From Candidatus Latescibacterota bacterium (GTDB taxonomy: Bacteria > Latescibacterota > UBA2968 > UBA8231), in assembly GCA_965223905.1 (NCBI GenBank), contig CBDCXV010000010.1:1504001-1568000 (forward strand): a DNA stretch of 64,000 nucleotides. The letters are read 5' to 3'. The number at the start of each line of letters is the position of its first letter. Position 1 is the stretch's first letter. Positions 47,446-57,035 of the stretch are shown here, piece after piece. The translations under genes and the position numbers were made by a program. The notes under the pieces are model-generated. The model searched no databases and was not told where the DNA came from. It saw only the letters and a program-made list of their open reading frames with translations.

Positions 47446-49304
47446 GCCCGACCCTCCGCCGCTTCCGCGCCGCCGCCGGCACCGCTGTGTAGATGGGACT
47501 TGAGATCCTGCGCGAGCTTGAGGCTGAACCCCTTGACATCGGCGATCTGGTCGACCTCTGCGTCGACGACCCGCTGCACCGAGCCGAACCTCTGCAGCAG
47601 CGCGGTCCGGCGTTTGGGGCCAATGCCCGGGATTCGATCCAGCGCCGAGGTCAGGGTGCGTTTGCCGCGAAGCTTGCGGTGATAGGCCAGGGCGAAGCGG
47701 TGGGCTTCGTCCCTGAGCACCTGCAGCAGCCGCAGGCTGGCAGAGGTCCTGGGCAGGAGGAGGCTGTCGCCGGCGCCGGGCAGGAACACCTCCTCGAGCC
47801 GCTTGGCGAGGCCGACCACCGGCTGATCGGCGAGCCCCAGCTGCCGCAACGCCTCCACGGCACTGGACAGTTGTCCCATGCCGCCGTCGATCATCAGGAG
47901 ATCCGGGAGTTCCTCTCCCCTTTCCGCAAGGCCACGGAAGCGGCGCAGCACGACCTCGCGAACGCTGGCGAAATCGTCGGCCCCTTCCACTCCTTTCACC
48001 CTGAAGTGGCGGTATTCGCTGCGCCGGGGCTTGCCGTCCACCATGCAGACGACGGACCCGACGCTGTCGGTGCCCTGGAAGTTGGAGATGTCGACCCCCT
48101 CGATCCGGCGCGGGGGCCGCGGCAGGGCGAGGTCGCGCTGCAGGGAGGATACCGACTGCGGGATCTGGCCCTTGCGCAGCTCCCGCTTCAGTCTGCGCTC
48201 CTCGAGGAGATGCGCGGCGTTCTCGTCCGCCATCTCCTGCGCCCTGGCCTTGATGCCCCGCCGGCTCACGGCGAGACGCACCTTGCCGCCGGCCTTGGCC
48301 GACAACCATTCGGCGATCATGCCGGCATCTTCGACATCGACGCTGAGGTGGACCTGGCGCGGAATGAAGTCGGTCTGCAGGTAGAACTGGCGCACGAAGG
48401 CGGACATGATTTCGGCTTCGGAATGCTCGATGATACCGCTGAGGAAGTGGTGTTTCTGGCCGAGCAGGCGCCCTTCGCGGACCTCGAGAACCGCGCAGCA
48501 GGCGTCGTCGTCGCTGCGCGCCAGACCGATCACGTCGCGGTCGACGGCTTCGTCGTACACCACCTTTTGCCGCCGCTGCATCATTTGCAGCGCCCGCAGC
48601 TGGTCGCGGCAGCGGGCGGCTCCCTCGAAGAGCAGCTCCGCGGCGGCCTTCTCCATGCGCGCCTCGAACTCCTTGACGATCGAGGCGTTGTCCCCCTTGA
48701 GAAAGCGCACCGCCTGGTCGACGTGGCGCCGGTACTCGTCGCGGCCGGTCAGGCCCTCGCAGGGCCCCTCGCAACGCCGGATCTGGTATTCGAGGCAGAG
48801 CTTGACCTTGTCCGAGGGGAGCTGGAAATCGCAGCTCCTCACCGGGAAGATCTTGTGCATCACCTCGAGGGCGGTGTGCATGGCGCGCACGTTGCTGTAC
48901 GGCCCGAGGTAGCGCGACCCGTCCCGGACGAGGTCGCGGGTGGCGAAGATGCGCGGGAACTCCTCGTCGGTGATCCGGATGAAGGGGTACTTCTTGTCGT
49001 CCTTGAGGTGGACGTTGTAGCGCGGCCGGTGGGCCTTGATCTGGTTGGCCTCGAGAACGAGCGCCTCCTGCTCCGTCTCGGTGACTATGTAGTCGACGTC
49101 GGTTACCTTGCGCAGCAGGGCGGCGAGCCGGCGCCCGCCGTCGCCGGCGCCTTCCTGGAAATAGGAGCGCACGCGGCTGCGCAGGCTTTTCGCCTTTCCG
49201 ATGTACAGGTACCGCCCCTCGGCGTTCTTCATCAAGTAGACGCCGGGGCGGTTCGGGAGCGCGTCGAGCTTCAGACGCAGCTCCTGGGGCAACGAGGATT
49301 TCAT
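47442..49304 (-). CDS. uvrC: Excinuclease ABC subunit C
   Basis: ATG 49304; PGVYLM..YIGKAK.LR.RV.SYF, DDKKYP, DISN, IDGG.GQ, RDEAHRFA, HhH. Confidence 0.97.
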   Translation of the reverse strand: MKSSLPQELRLKLDALPNRPGVYLMKNAEGRYLYIGKAKSLRSRVRSYFQEGAGDGGRRLAALLRKVTDVDYIVTETEQEALVLEANQIKAHRPRYNVHLKDDKKYPFIRITDEEFPRIFATRDLVRDGSRYLGPYSNVRAMHTALEVMHKIFPVRSCDFQLPSDKVKLCLEYQIRRCEGPCEGLTGRDEYRRHVDQAVRFLKGDNASIVKEFEARMEKAAAELLFEGAARCRDQLRALQMMQRRQKVVYDEAVDRDVIGLARSDDDACCAVLEVREGRLLGQKHHFLSGIIEHSEAEIMSAFVRQFYLQTDFIPRQVHLSVDVEDAGMIAEWLSAKAGGKVRLAVSRRGIKARAQEMADENAAHLLEERRLKRELRKGQIPQSVSSLQRDLALPRPPRRIEGVDISNFQGTDSVGSVVCMVDGKPRRSEYRHFRVKGVEGADDFASVREVVLRRFRGLAERGEELPDLLMIDGGMGQLSSAVEALRQLGLADQPVVGLAKRLEEVFLPGAGDSLLLPRTSASLRLLQVLRDEAHRFALAYHRKLRGKRTLTSALDRIPGIGPKRRTALLQRFGSVQRVVDAEVDQIADVKGFSLKLAQDLKSHLHSGAGGGAEAAEGRA

Positions 49305-49614
49305 GCGCTCCCCACGTCGATGACGGGCGTCGGACCAGTGGATCGCAATGGACTCTCGGGAATATAGATACCTGAAACCCGTACTCCACAGGCGGTCGTT
49401 ATACGGTCGCAAGGCGTTTCCGGCCTTGTACCGCGCCTTCCCCAGGTCCCGGAAAACCGCGGATCGCCGCCCCTCGGAGCGGATTCCCGTCATGTTGTCG
49501 ACTCGAATGGCCTCGGGGCAGTCCGGCGGCTGCCGGAGGTGCTCCGCCTGTCGGCGGCTGCCGTGCCCCGGCGAGGAAGGGGATAGGCAGTAAAGACAGG
49601 GCCGTCTTAACCTT

Positions 49615-50814
49615 TCAGCGAAAGACCTGCAGCAGGATCGTCTTGAGGTAGCGCCCCTCCGGAAAGGCGGGGTCGACCGGGTGGTCGGGGGGGTGCAGGT
49701 TGCAGGCCAGGACCCTGGCCTCCACCCGCGCCCCGGCCGCGGCGCGGCGCACGACCTGGAAGAACTCCTCCTGCGATATGCGGGTGGAGCAGGAGGAGGT
49801 CAGCAGGTAGCCGCCGTCGGCGACCAGCTTGATCGCGTTGCGGTTGAGCTTGATGTAGACGCCGGTGGCGGTTTTGACGTCGCGGCTGCGGCGCACGAGA
49901 GCGGGGGGGTCGAGGACGACCACGTCGAACCGGGGCCCGCGCTTTGACAGCTGCTCCAGCATCGGAAACAGGTCGGCGGCGACCTGGCAGTGGCGCGGGG
50001 AATCGCCGCGGTTGGCCTCGATGTTCCGCGCCGCGAGTGCGGCGGCGTCCCTGGCGATGTCGACGCTGACTACGGACCGGGCGCCCCCCTTGGCGGCGTG
50101 GGCGGCGAAGCCGCCGGTGTACCCGAAACAGTCGAGCGCTGAGCGGCTGGCGGCGTAGCGTCCGAGAAGCATCCGGTTGTCGCGCTGATCGAGGAAGAAG
50201 CCGGTCTTCTGCCCGCGGCGGACGTCGACAAACAGGCGTGCGGCCCCTTCACGGATCTCGATCAGCGGCGGCGGCTGCTCTCCCCGGAGATGGCCCGAGC
50301 GGCGATTCTTCAGGCCGTCGGCGCGCCGCGTGCCGACGTCGCTGCGCTCGTAGATCCCCCTGGGGTCGACCACCTCGGCGAGGACCTCGACGATATCGGA
50401 GCGCAGCAGCTCCATCCCCCAGGTGTGGAGCTGGACCACGAGGTAGCCGGCGTAGTCGTCGACGACGAGGCCCGGCAGGCCGTCGTTCTCCCCGTGGACG
50501 AGACGGACGGCGTCGGTGTTGGCCGCCAGCTCCGGGTTGCCGCGGCGCAGCAGGACCGAACGCCTGATGGCCCGGGTCAGAAAACCGCGGTCGATGGGGC
50601 AATCCCGGTCCCTGGTCAGCACGCGGACGGCGATGGTCGAGTGGGGGTTGTAGTAGCCGCGAGCGACGAACCGCGATCTGAAATCGTACACGTCGACGAT
50701 TTCCCCGGGAGCGACGGGTGGGGCCGCGGCCACGGCGCCGCTGTACACCCAGGGATGCCCCCTGATCAGCAGGCGTTCGCTGTTGCGGCGGAGCGTGACT
50801 TCCGGATAGCCCAT
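49615..50814 (-). CDS. rlmI: RlmI-family SAM-dependent rRNA methyltransferase (PUA + MTase)
   Basis: GHPWVY, GE.DGLPGL.VD, GQKTGFFLDQR.NR, VLDPP, YLK. Confidence 0.9.
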   Translation of the reverse strand: MGYPEVTLRRNSERLLIRGHPWVYSGAVAAAPPVAPGEIVDVYDFRSRFVARGYYNPHSTIAVRVLTRDRDCPIDRGFLTRAIRRSVLLRRGNPELAANTDAVRLVHGENDGLPGLVVDDYAGYLVVQLHTWGMELLRSDIVEVLAEVVDPRGIYERSDVGTRRADGLKNRRSGHLRGEQPPPLIEIREGAARLFVDVRRGQKTGFFLDQRDNRMLLGRYAASRSALDCFGYTGGFAAHAAKGGARSVVSVDIARDAAALAARNIEANRGDSPRHCQVAADLFPMLEQLSKRGPRFDVVVLDPPALVRRSRDVKTATGVYIKLNRNAIKLVADGGYLLTSSCSTRISQEEFFQVVRRAAAGARVEARVLACNLHPPDHPVDPAFPEGRYLKTILLQVFR

Positions 50815-50904
50815 GGAAAGCTTGCTCGTGTCAATCGGACCAGAAGGACCGCGGGGAAGGGCGATCCGGATTGCGGGACTGCGGTTGAAGGGTCCGGTGC
50901 GCCA

Positions 50905-50951
50905 AGTGCCTGCGCGTGTAAGTAAGCGGCGAATTCACGCGCGCAGGCACT
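50905..50951 (-). terminator. Hairpin just after the HD-gene stop, probable terminator
   Basis: agtgcctgcgcg / cgcgcaggcact 12-bp perfect stem; U tract weak. Confidence 0.55.
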
Positions 50952-52293
50952 AGTTGAGGTGGCGTTTCACCCGGTCCCTGGCGACGGCCAGCAGGCCGGC
51001 CTCCTCGACGCAGAAGATGCGGAAAATCTTCGCCTGGTCTTCGAAGTTGTCGAGGAGGGACTCCCGCAGCCTGGACACTTCGGGATCATCGAAAGCCAGC
51101 GGGTCCGCCTTGCCGCTGGGAGTCTCGTCGCCGTAGAAGACCTTGAGATCGACCTCGGGGCTCTTGTCGAAACGGGGAATGTCGATCAGGATTTCGCTGC
51201 CGTTCATTCGCCGGTTCAGGCGGTCGCCGAAGAGCCGGCTGAGCTCGATCTCCTTCAGTCGCCGCTTGTCGGGGTGCTGGTAGAGATCGTAGAGGTAGTG
51301 GAGAAGCCGCTGCTTGCGCTCTCCCGGGAAGATGAAGCTGGCCACCTTGTAGAGCCGGCGCTGCACGATCCCCTGCAAAAGAACGGCGGCGCCCTCGAGC
51401 CCGAGGCGCTCTTGCTCAGCCCTCAGCATCCGGATCAGCTCCCCTTCGGTAACGCCGTGGAAGTCGTCGTGCGCGATGCGGCAGTCGGGATGGACCAGGA
51501 CGTCCTGCAGGGAGCGCTTGAACATCGCCGTGGCCGCGCGCACGGTGTGGTGCCAGTAGACGTTCCGGTACATCTGGTAGTTGGTGAACACCAGCGACTC
51601 GACCGCGGAGACCCCCTTGCTGGTGATCGCCAGCCGCCGCCGCCGCGGGTCGTACTTGATCGCCGATATCAGCCGGTCCCTGTTGACGCTCTCCCCGAAG
51701 GGGACGCCGCAGAACAGGGAGTCGCGCAGCAGGTAGTCGACCTTGTCCGGATCGAGGGTGCCGCTGAGGATGTTCGCCAGCAGCAGGTCGCGGGCGGGGA
51801 TCTCGCGGTTCTTGGCCTTGTAGTCGATTGCGTTCGCCACCCTGCGCGGGTCGACGCCGACCTCCTCCCGCAGGACCTGGCTGACGCCGCCAGATTCGTC
51901 TTCAATGATCCGGCGGGCGTGCTTTTCGTGGTCGACGAAGAACGGCATCAGCTCTTCGAGGGTGTGCGAGAACGGATAGTGCCCGATGTCGTGGAGCAGC
52001 GTGGCCGCGAGAAAGACGCGCACGTCCTCATCGGCGAGCTCGAGGGGCGGCTCGGACCGGACCAGGCGGGCGAGGAACTGCTTGGCGAGGTGGTAGACCC
52101 CGAGGGAGTGCTCGAAGCGGGAGTGGCGCGCTCCCGGGTAGACGAGGTGGACGAACCCGAGCTGGGTGATGTTGCGCAGGCGCTGGAACTCCTCGGTGTC
52201 GATCAGGGCGAGGAGCGGCTCGGGAGTGTGGATGTACCCCCAAACCGGGTCGCGGATGGCTTTGCCCTCTTCTTCCAGCCAAGGATGTCGCAT
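50950..52293 (-). CDS. HD-domain phosphohydrolase, SAMHD1/YwfO-like (putative dNTP triphosphohydrolase)
   Basis: ATG 52293; IRDPVWG, FQRLR.I.QLG, YPGA.HSRFEHSLG, LLHDIGH.PFSH, D.DK.DY..RD, MY.NVY.H. Confidence 0.9.
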   Translation of the reverse strand: MRHPWLEEEGKAIRDPVWGYIHTPEPLLALIDTEEFQRLRNITQLGFVHLVYPGARHSRFEHSLGVYHLAKQFLARLVRSEPPLELADEDVRVFLAATLLHDIGHYPFSHTLEELMPFFVDHEKHARRIIEDESGGVSQVLREEVGVDPRRVANAIDYKAKNREIPARDLLLANILSGTLDPDKVDYLLRDSLFCGVPFGESVNRDRLISAIKYDPRRRRLAITSKGVSAVESLVFTNYQMYRNVYWHHTVRAATAMFKRSLQDVLVHPDCRIAHDDFHGVTEGELIRMLRAEQERLGLEGAAVLLQGIVQRRLYKVASFIFPGERKQRLLHYLYDLYQHPDKRRLKEIELSRLFGDRLNRRMNGSEILIDIPRFDKSPEVDLKVFYGDETPSGKADPLAFDDPEVSRLRESLLDNFEDQAKIFRIFCVEEAGLLAVARDRVKRHLN

Positions 52294-52300
52294 CGGGCGC

Positions 52301-52364
52301 AATCTACCGGGCCGCCATAACCCTGTCAACGGAGATTGACAGGTGCCCTGACAGCTCGTAAGTT
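52301..52364. promoter_or_regulatory. Back-to-back divergent sigma70 promoters (HD gene and ndk)
   Basis: Minus: TTGACA(52329-52324)-N17-TAGATT(52306-52301). Plus: TTGACA(52336-52341)-N17-TAAGTT(52359-52364). Confidence 0.75.
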
Positions 52365-52377
52365 GAACGACTTGCCC

Positions 52378-52412
52378 GCGGCCGGAAGGTGGTTTTCGCC
52401 GGCCGCTTTTTT
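52378..52412 (+). terminator. Intrinsic terminator-like hairpin in the ndk leader
   Basis: gcggccgg / ccggccgc 8-bp stem, 13-nt loop, then T6. Confidence 0.65.
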
Positions 52413-52454
52413 GTGTATGGACAGCCCAGGCAGGGACCTGAAAGAGAAACGAAC

Positions 52455-52859
52455 GTGGCCACGGAGCGGACCCTGTTGATCGTAAAGCCGGACGCCGTGG
52501 GCAAAGCCGCAACAGGCCGGATCCTGGCGCGCCTCGAAGCGGAGGGGTTTGCGATCCGCGCTCTCGAAATGACGCGACTTTCCCGTGAACGAGCCGCGGG
52601 ATTCTACGACATCCACAACGAGCGCCCTTTTTTCGGGGAGCTGGTGGAATTCATGACCTCAGGCAGCATCGTCCCGGCCGTGCTCGAGCGCGACAACGCC
52701 GTCGCCCACCTGCGCGCTTTCATCGGCGAAACGGACAGCACCAAGGCGGCCCCGGGGACAATCCGGCGCGATTTCGGCACCGACGTCCAATGCAATGCCG
52801 TACACGCCTCGGATTCGCTCGAGAACGCTGAAAAAGAGATCCGCTTTTTCTTCGGTTAG
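52455..52859 (+). CDS. ndk: Nucleoside diphosphate kinase
   Basis: GTG 52455; ERTL.IVKPD, FY..H..RPFF, PGTIR, NAVHASDS. Confidence 0.97.
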   Translation: MATERTLLIVKPDAVGKAATGRILARLEAEGFAIRALEMTRLSRERAAGFYDIHNERPFFGELVEFMTSGSIVPAVLERDNAVAHLRAFIGETDSTKAAPGTIRRDFGTDVQCNAVHASDSLENAEKEIRFFFG

Positions 52860-52874
52860 CATGGACAATGGACA

Positions 52875-53453
52875 ATGGTCTCCGAAGGAACAGACCGCAG
52901 GCGGACCGATACCAGTGCCGCCCACCTCGTTCTCGACGACTTCGAGGAAGGCTGGACAGGATTCGAAACCCCGCTGCCGGCCGCGGCCCTCGACCTCAAA
53001 GACGGGCACTTCGACCTTTCGCCCCAGGTCTGGCTGCGGCTAGAGGTCCAGCGTTTCCTGCAGACCTTCACCGTCAAGGGGACCGTCGCGTTCGAGGTCA
53101 GCGGCGAGTGCTGCCGCTGCCTGGCCGCGGTGCGGCAGCTCGTCGAGGCCGAGGTGGGGGTGCTGATCCAGCGACGGGAAGCCGGCGCCGACCTCCTGGA
53201 GGCAACCGAGGAGGAGGAGGGGCTCGAGATCGTCGACCCGGGGGCGAAAGTCGTCGACCTCACCGGCCGGGTGCGCGACGCCGTAGCCCTCGAGCTGCCG
53301 CTGACGGTGTACTGCCGCGAGGACTGCAAGGGGCTCTGCTCGAGCTGCGGGCAGGACCTCAACGCAGGTGAATGCGGCTGCTCCCAGGAGCGGACCGATC
53401 CGCGCTGGGAGGCCCTGGCGGGACTGGCGTCGAAACAATCGCGAAGCACGTAG
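52875..53453 (+). CDS. yceD: DUF177 (YceD) protein
   Basis: CCRCL, C.EDCKGLC..CG..LN...C.C....DPRW; upstream of rpmF. Confidence 0.9.
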   Translation: MVSEGTDRRRTDTSAAHLVLDDFEEGWTGFETPLPAAALDLKDGHFDLSPQVWLRLEVQRFLQTFTVKGTVAFEVSGECCRCLAAVRQLVEAEVGVLIQRREAGADLLEATEEEEGLEIVDPGAKVVDLTGRVRDAVALELPLTVYCREDCKGLCSSCGQDLNAGECGCSQERTDPRWEALAGLASKQSRST

Positions 53454-53468
53454 ATACGGAGGAATCCC

Positions 53469-53651
53469 GTGGCAGCAGTACCCAAGAGACGGATATCCCG
53501 CACGCGCCGGGACAAGAGGCGGACACACTGGAAGCTGCGCCGTCCCGCGCTGGCCCGATGCACGAACTGCGGGCAGCCGGCGCGGCCCCATCGGATCTGC
53601 AGGAGTTGCGGCTTCTACCGGGGACGCGAGTACGCCGAGCCAGAGGTCTGA
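53469..53651 (+). CDS. rpmF: 50S ribosomal protein L32 (Zn-ribbon form)
   Basis: AVPKRR.SR.RRDKRR.H, CTNC, CRSCG.Y.G. Confidence 0.97.
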   Translation: MAAVPKRRISRTRRDKRRTHWKLRRPALARCTNCGQPARPHRICRSCGFYRGREYAEPEV

Positions 53652-54680
53652 TTGCCCGGACAGCCGCTGCCGACGCGAGACGAGAAGCGCTCCCGGCGCA
53701 TCGGGCGTTGCGCCGCGGTGACGGCTGTCGAACGCTACCTGCCGCACCGAGTCGTCACCAACTTCGAGATCGCCTCGACGGTAGATTCGTCCGACGCCTG
53801 GATTCGCGAGCGCACCGGAATCGCCGAGCGCCGCATCCTCGACGCTCTGCCCACCTCTCACATGGCCACCGAGGTGGCGCGGAGCATCCTCGCGAAACGC
53901 GACCTCGACCCCGGGGATCTCGACCTGATCATCGTCGCGACGATCACCCCGGACATGGTCTTTCCCGCCACCGCCTGCCTCGTTCAGGACCGCATCGGGG
54001 CCCGGCGCGCCTGGGGCTACGATCTCTCAGCTGCCTGCGCCGGGTTCGTCTACGCCGTGGTCGCAGGAGCCCAGTTCATCGAATCTGGGGCGCACGAAAA
54101 GGTGCTGGTCATCGGCGCCGACAAGATGAGCGCCATCACCGATGACCAGGACCGCTCGACTTGCGTGCTGTTCGGTGACGGTGCGGGCGGGGTGCTGCTC
54201 GAGCCCTCGGAGGAAGGGCTGATCGATTTCGAGCTGCACTGCGACGGTTCGGGTGGGGAGGATCTGTACATGCCGGGCGGCGGCAGCCTGCACCCGGCTT
54301 CCCGGGAATCGGTCGATAGGCGCCTTCACTTCGTGCACCAGGACGGCAAGGCGGTCTACAAGTTCGCCGTCATGAGGATGGCCGAAGTCTCCTTGAACCT
54401 GCTCGAGCGCAACGGTTTCGGCGTCGACGACCTGGCGCTGTTCGTCCCCCACCAGGCGAATCTGCGCATCATAACGGCCACCGCCGAGCGCATGGGCATG
54501 CCGATGGAGAAGGTGATGGTCAACATCGAGCGCTACGCCAACACGACCGCGGCGACCGTGCCGATCGCCCTCTCGGAGGCGGTTGAGGTGGGCCGGGTGA
54601 AGCGCGGCGACCTGGTGCAGCTCACCGCGGTCGGCGGGGGCCTCACCTGGGGCAGCGCCCTGCTGCGCTGGACGCTCTGA
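53652..54680 (+). CDS. fabH: Beta-ketoacyl-ACP synthase III
   Basis: WIRERTGI, AACAGF, LFGDGAG, PHQAN.RI, NT, GGGLTWG; exact start uncertain. Confidence 0.96.
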   Translation: MPGQPLPTRDEKRSRRIGRCAAVTAVERYLPHRVVTNFEIASTVDSSDAWIRERTGIAERRILDALPTSHMATEVARSILAKRDLDPGDLDLIIVATITPDMVFPATACLVQDRIGARRAWGYDLSAACAGFVYAVVAGAQFIESGAHEKVLVIGADKMSAITDDQDRSTCVLFGDGAGGVLLEPSEEGLIDFELHCDGSGGEDLYMPGGGSLHPASRESVDRRLHFVHQDGKAVYKFAVMRMAEVSLNLLERNGFGVDDLALFVPHQANLRIITATAERMGMPMEKVMVNIERYANTTAATVPIALSEAVEVGRVKRGDLVQLTAVGGGLTWGSALLRWTL

Positions 54681-54689
54681 TTTTCCACG

Positions 54690-55640
54690 ATGGCTGCTCT
54701 CGCATTCCTGTTTCCGGGTCAGGCATCACAGGCCGTGGGCATGGGTCGCGATCTCTGCGAACGGTACCCGGTTGCCCGGGCGCGTTTCGAAGAAGCGGAG
54801 GAGGCCCTGTCGCTGCCGCTGCGGCGCCTCTGTTTCGAAGGGCCGCCGGAGGAGCTCGAGCAGACCGCGGTGACGCAGCCGGCGGTTTTCGTGCACAGCG
54901 TCGCCGCCGCGGAAGTCCTGGCGCTGCAGGGGGTCGAGCCGGCCTGCGCCTCCGGCCACAGCCTCGGCGAATACTCCGCCCTGACCGCGGCCGGGGTTTT
55001 CGATTTCGCTACCGCCGTCGGACTGGTGCGCGAGCGCGGCCGCCTGATGCAGGAGGCTGGCGAGCAGCACCCCGGAACCATGGCGGCCATCATCGGTCTC
55101 GAGGACAGTCAGGTCGCCCGGCTGTGCGCGGAGGCGGCGCCGGATGGGGACGCGGTGCCGGCCAACTTCAACGCCCCCGGACAGGTGGTCGTCTCCGGGA
55201 CGGCGGGGGCCGTCGCCGCGGTATGCGAAGCCGCCGGACCCGCCGGGGCCAGCCGGGTGGTGCCACTCGAGGTCAGCGGGGCGTTCCATTCCCGTCTCAT
55301 GAAATCGGCTGCCGACGAGATGAGCGCTCGCCTGCGGGAGGTCGAGATGCGCAGGCCGGCAGTGCCTGTGGTGGCCAACGCGTCGGCGCAGGCGACGGAA
55401 GACGTCGGCGACCTGCGGCGTCAGCTGCTGCAGCAGATTCTGGCGCCGGTGCGCTGGACGGAGTGCGTCAAGGCGATCGCCGCCCGCGGCATCGCCGCGG
55501 CCGCCGAGGTCGGGCCGGGCAGCGTTCTCCGAGGACTGGTGCGACGCATCGAAAGGAAGATGACCGTTTTCGCCGCCGGCACCGCGGCGGAGATCGAGAA
55601 CCTCACGGGCAAATTCGCAGAGGCACGGAGAGATGGCTGA
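54690..55640 (+). CDS. fabD: Malonyl-CoA:ACP transacylase
   Basis: FPGQ, TQPA, GHSLGEYSA, SGAFHS, PVRW. Confidence 0.97.
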   Translation: MAALAFLFPGQASQAVGMGRDLCERYPVARARFEEAEEALSLPLRRLCFEGPPEELEQTAVTQPAVFVHSVAAAEVLALQGVEPACASGHSLGEYSALTAAGVFDFATAVGLVRERGRLMQEAGEQHPGTMAAIIGLEDSQVARLCAEAAPDGDAVPANFNAPGQVVVSGTAGAVAAVCEAAGPAGASRVVPLEVSGAFHSRLMKSAADEMSARLREVEMRRPAVPVVANASAQATEDVGDLRRQLLQQILAPVRWTECVKAIAARGIAAAAEVGPGSVLRGLVRRIERKMTVFAAGTAAEIENLTGKFAEARRDG

Positions 55641-56394
55641 GAACGGAAACGGCAGACTGAGGGGAAGGTCGGCACTGGTTACCGGCGGGTCCCGCGGTAT
55701 CGGGCGCGCCATTGCACTGCGGCTCGCCTCCGAGGGGGCCAACGTGGCGGTGTGCGCCCGCAACGAAGAGGCCGCGGCCGCCACCGCCGCAGAGGTCGCC
55801 CACTCCGGGGTGGGCAGCCTGTCGCGGGGCGCCGATGTCTCCGACGCCGGCCAGGTGAAGGACTTGGTTGCGGCGACCATCGCCGAATTCGGCGCCTTGA
55901 ACATTCTCGTGAACAACGCCGGCATCGCCCGGGACAACCTCACCTTGAGGTTGCAGGAGGCCGACTGGGACGCGGTGCTGGAGATCAACCTCAAGGGGGC
56001 TTTCCTCTGCTGCAAGGCCGCGGCGCGGTCGATGATGAAGGCACGGGAGGGCCGCATCATCAACATCTCCTCCGTCGTCGGCATCGCCGGCAACGCGGGG
56101 CAGCCGAACTACGCCGCCTCGAAGGCCGGCCTGCTCGGATTCACGAAAAGCCTGGCGCGGGAGCTCGCACCGCGGAACATCACCGTCAACGCCGTGGCCC
56201 CGGGGCTGGTCCCGGATACCGGCATGACAACCGATCTGGGGGAAGAAGCGGTCGAGCAGCTGTTGTCCCATGTTCCGCTCGGGCGCCCCGGTTCAGCCGA
56301 GGACGTCGCCGCCGCGGTCGCCTTTCTCGCCTCGGAAGAGGCGGCTTACATCACCGGTCACGTCCTGACTGTCGACGGGGGGATGACCATGTAG
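55633..56394 (+). CDS. fabG: 3-oxoacyl-ACP reductase
   Basis: TGGSRGIG, NNAGI.RD, GNAGQ.NYAASK. Confidence 0.97.
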   Translation: MAENGNGRLRGRSALVTGGSRGIGRAIALRLASEGANVAVCARNEEAAAATAAEVAHSGVGSLSRGADVSDAGQVKDLVAATIAEFGALNILVNNAGIARDNLTLRLQEADWDAVLEINLKGAFLCCKAAARSMMKAREGRIINISSVVGIAGNAGQPNYAASKAGLLGFTKSLARELAPRNITVNAVAPGLVPDTGMTTDLGEEAVEQLLSHVPLGRPGSAEDVAAAVAFLASEEAAYITGHVLTVDGGMTM

Positions 56395-56495
56395 CGAGGC
56401 CGGCCGCGAGCGCCGGAAGCGGCGTGGGTTCTCGGTCCCGGCGGCAGGGAGGTCGGAGGCGCGGAAATCAGCCGCGGGGAAGCGGCGTTTTTGGC

Positions 56496-56523
56496 TTGTA
56501 ATAACCGCCCCGCCATGTATCAT
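56496..56523 (+). promoter_or_regulatory. Putative internal promoter for acpP
   Basis: TTGTAA-N16-TATCAT in an AT-rich patch. Confidence 0.45.
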
Positions 56524-56595
56524 GTATATAGTTGGATTTTCGAGAGAATTCGTGACGCGGATTGCCGGTCACGTCAAGAGCAGGAGGATAGAGTA

Positions 56596-56835
56596 ATGGC
56601 AACAATCGATGAGCGGGTTCGCGATCTCATCGTCGAACAACTGGGTGTCAATGCCGACCAGGTAACTCCGGCAGCTTCCTTCGTCGACGACCTCGGCGCG
56701 GACTCCCTCGACACCGTCGAGTTGGTGATGGCCTTCGAGGAGGAGTTCGGGATCGATATTCCGGACGAGGACGCCGAAAAGATGGCCGTCGTCAACGACG
56801 CCATTAAGTACCTCGAAGAAAACAGCAAAGCCTAG
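56596..56835 (+). CDS. acpP: Acyl carrier protein
   Basis: ATG 56596 after AGGAGG; [20 protein letters not shown]. Confidence 0.98.
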   Translation: MATIDERVRDLIVEQLGVNADQVTPAASFVDDLGADSLDTVELVMAFEEEFGIDIPDEDAEKMAVVNDAIKYLEENSKA

Positions 56836-57035
56836 CGGTCCGTGGCAGAGCATTTTCCGGGGGCCGACCATTCGGGTCGCCTGCATGGCGCCTGGAGCGA
56901 GGGCGGACGGCCCGTGCTTCCGGCCGCCGAATCCCCGTTCGATCAGGCACCTCTGCACTGCGAGGAAGCGGCCTCGAGCGCCCGGTCCCGGGGCCACTGC
57001 CTCGGGCTTGCGGTTTTCCAGTAGCGGGGGCTGCC

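Noticed and set aside
47446-49389. 953-aa ORF suggesting a long N-terminal fusion to the Xer-like protein
   Set aside because: The upstream part is an Arg/Pro-rich alternative frame of uvrC; the real ATG at 47445 overlaps the uvrC stop.
56842-57024. 60-aa ORF or ncRNA between acpP and fabF
   Set aside because: No RBS, no recognisable motif, and only short complementary patches; unsupported without comparative data.
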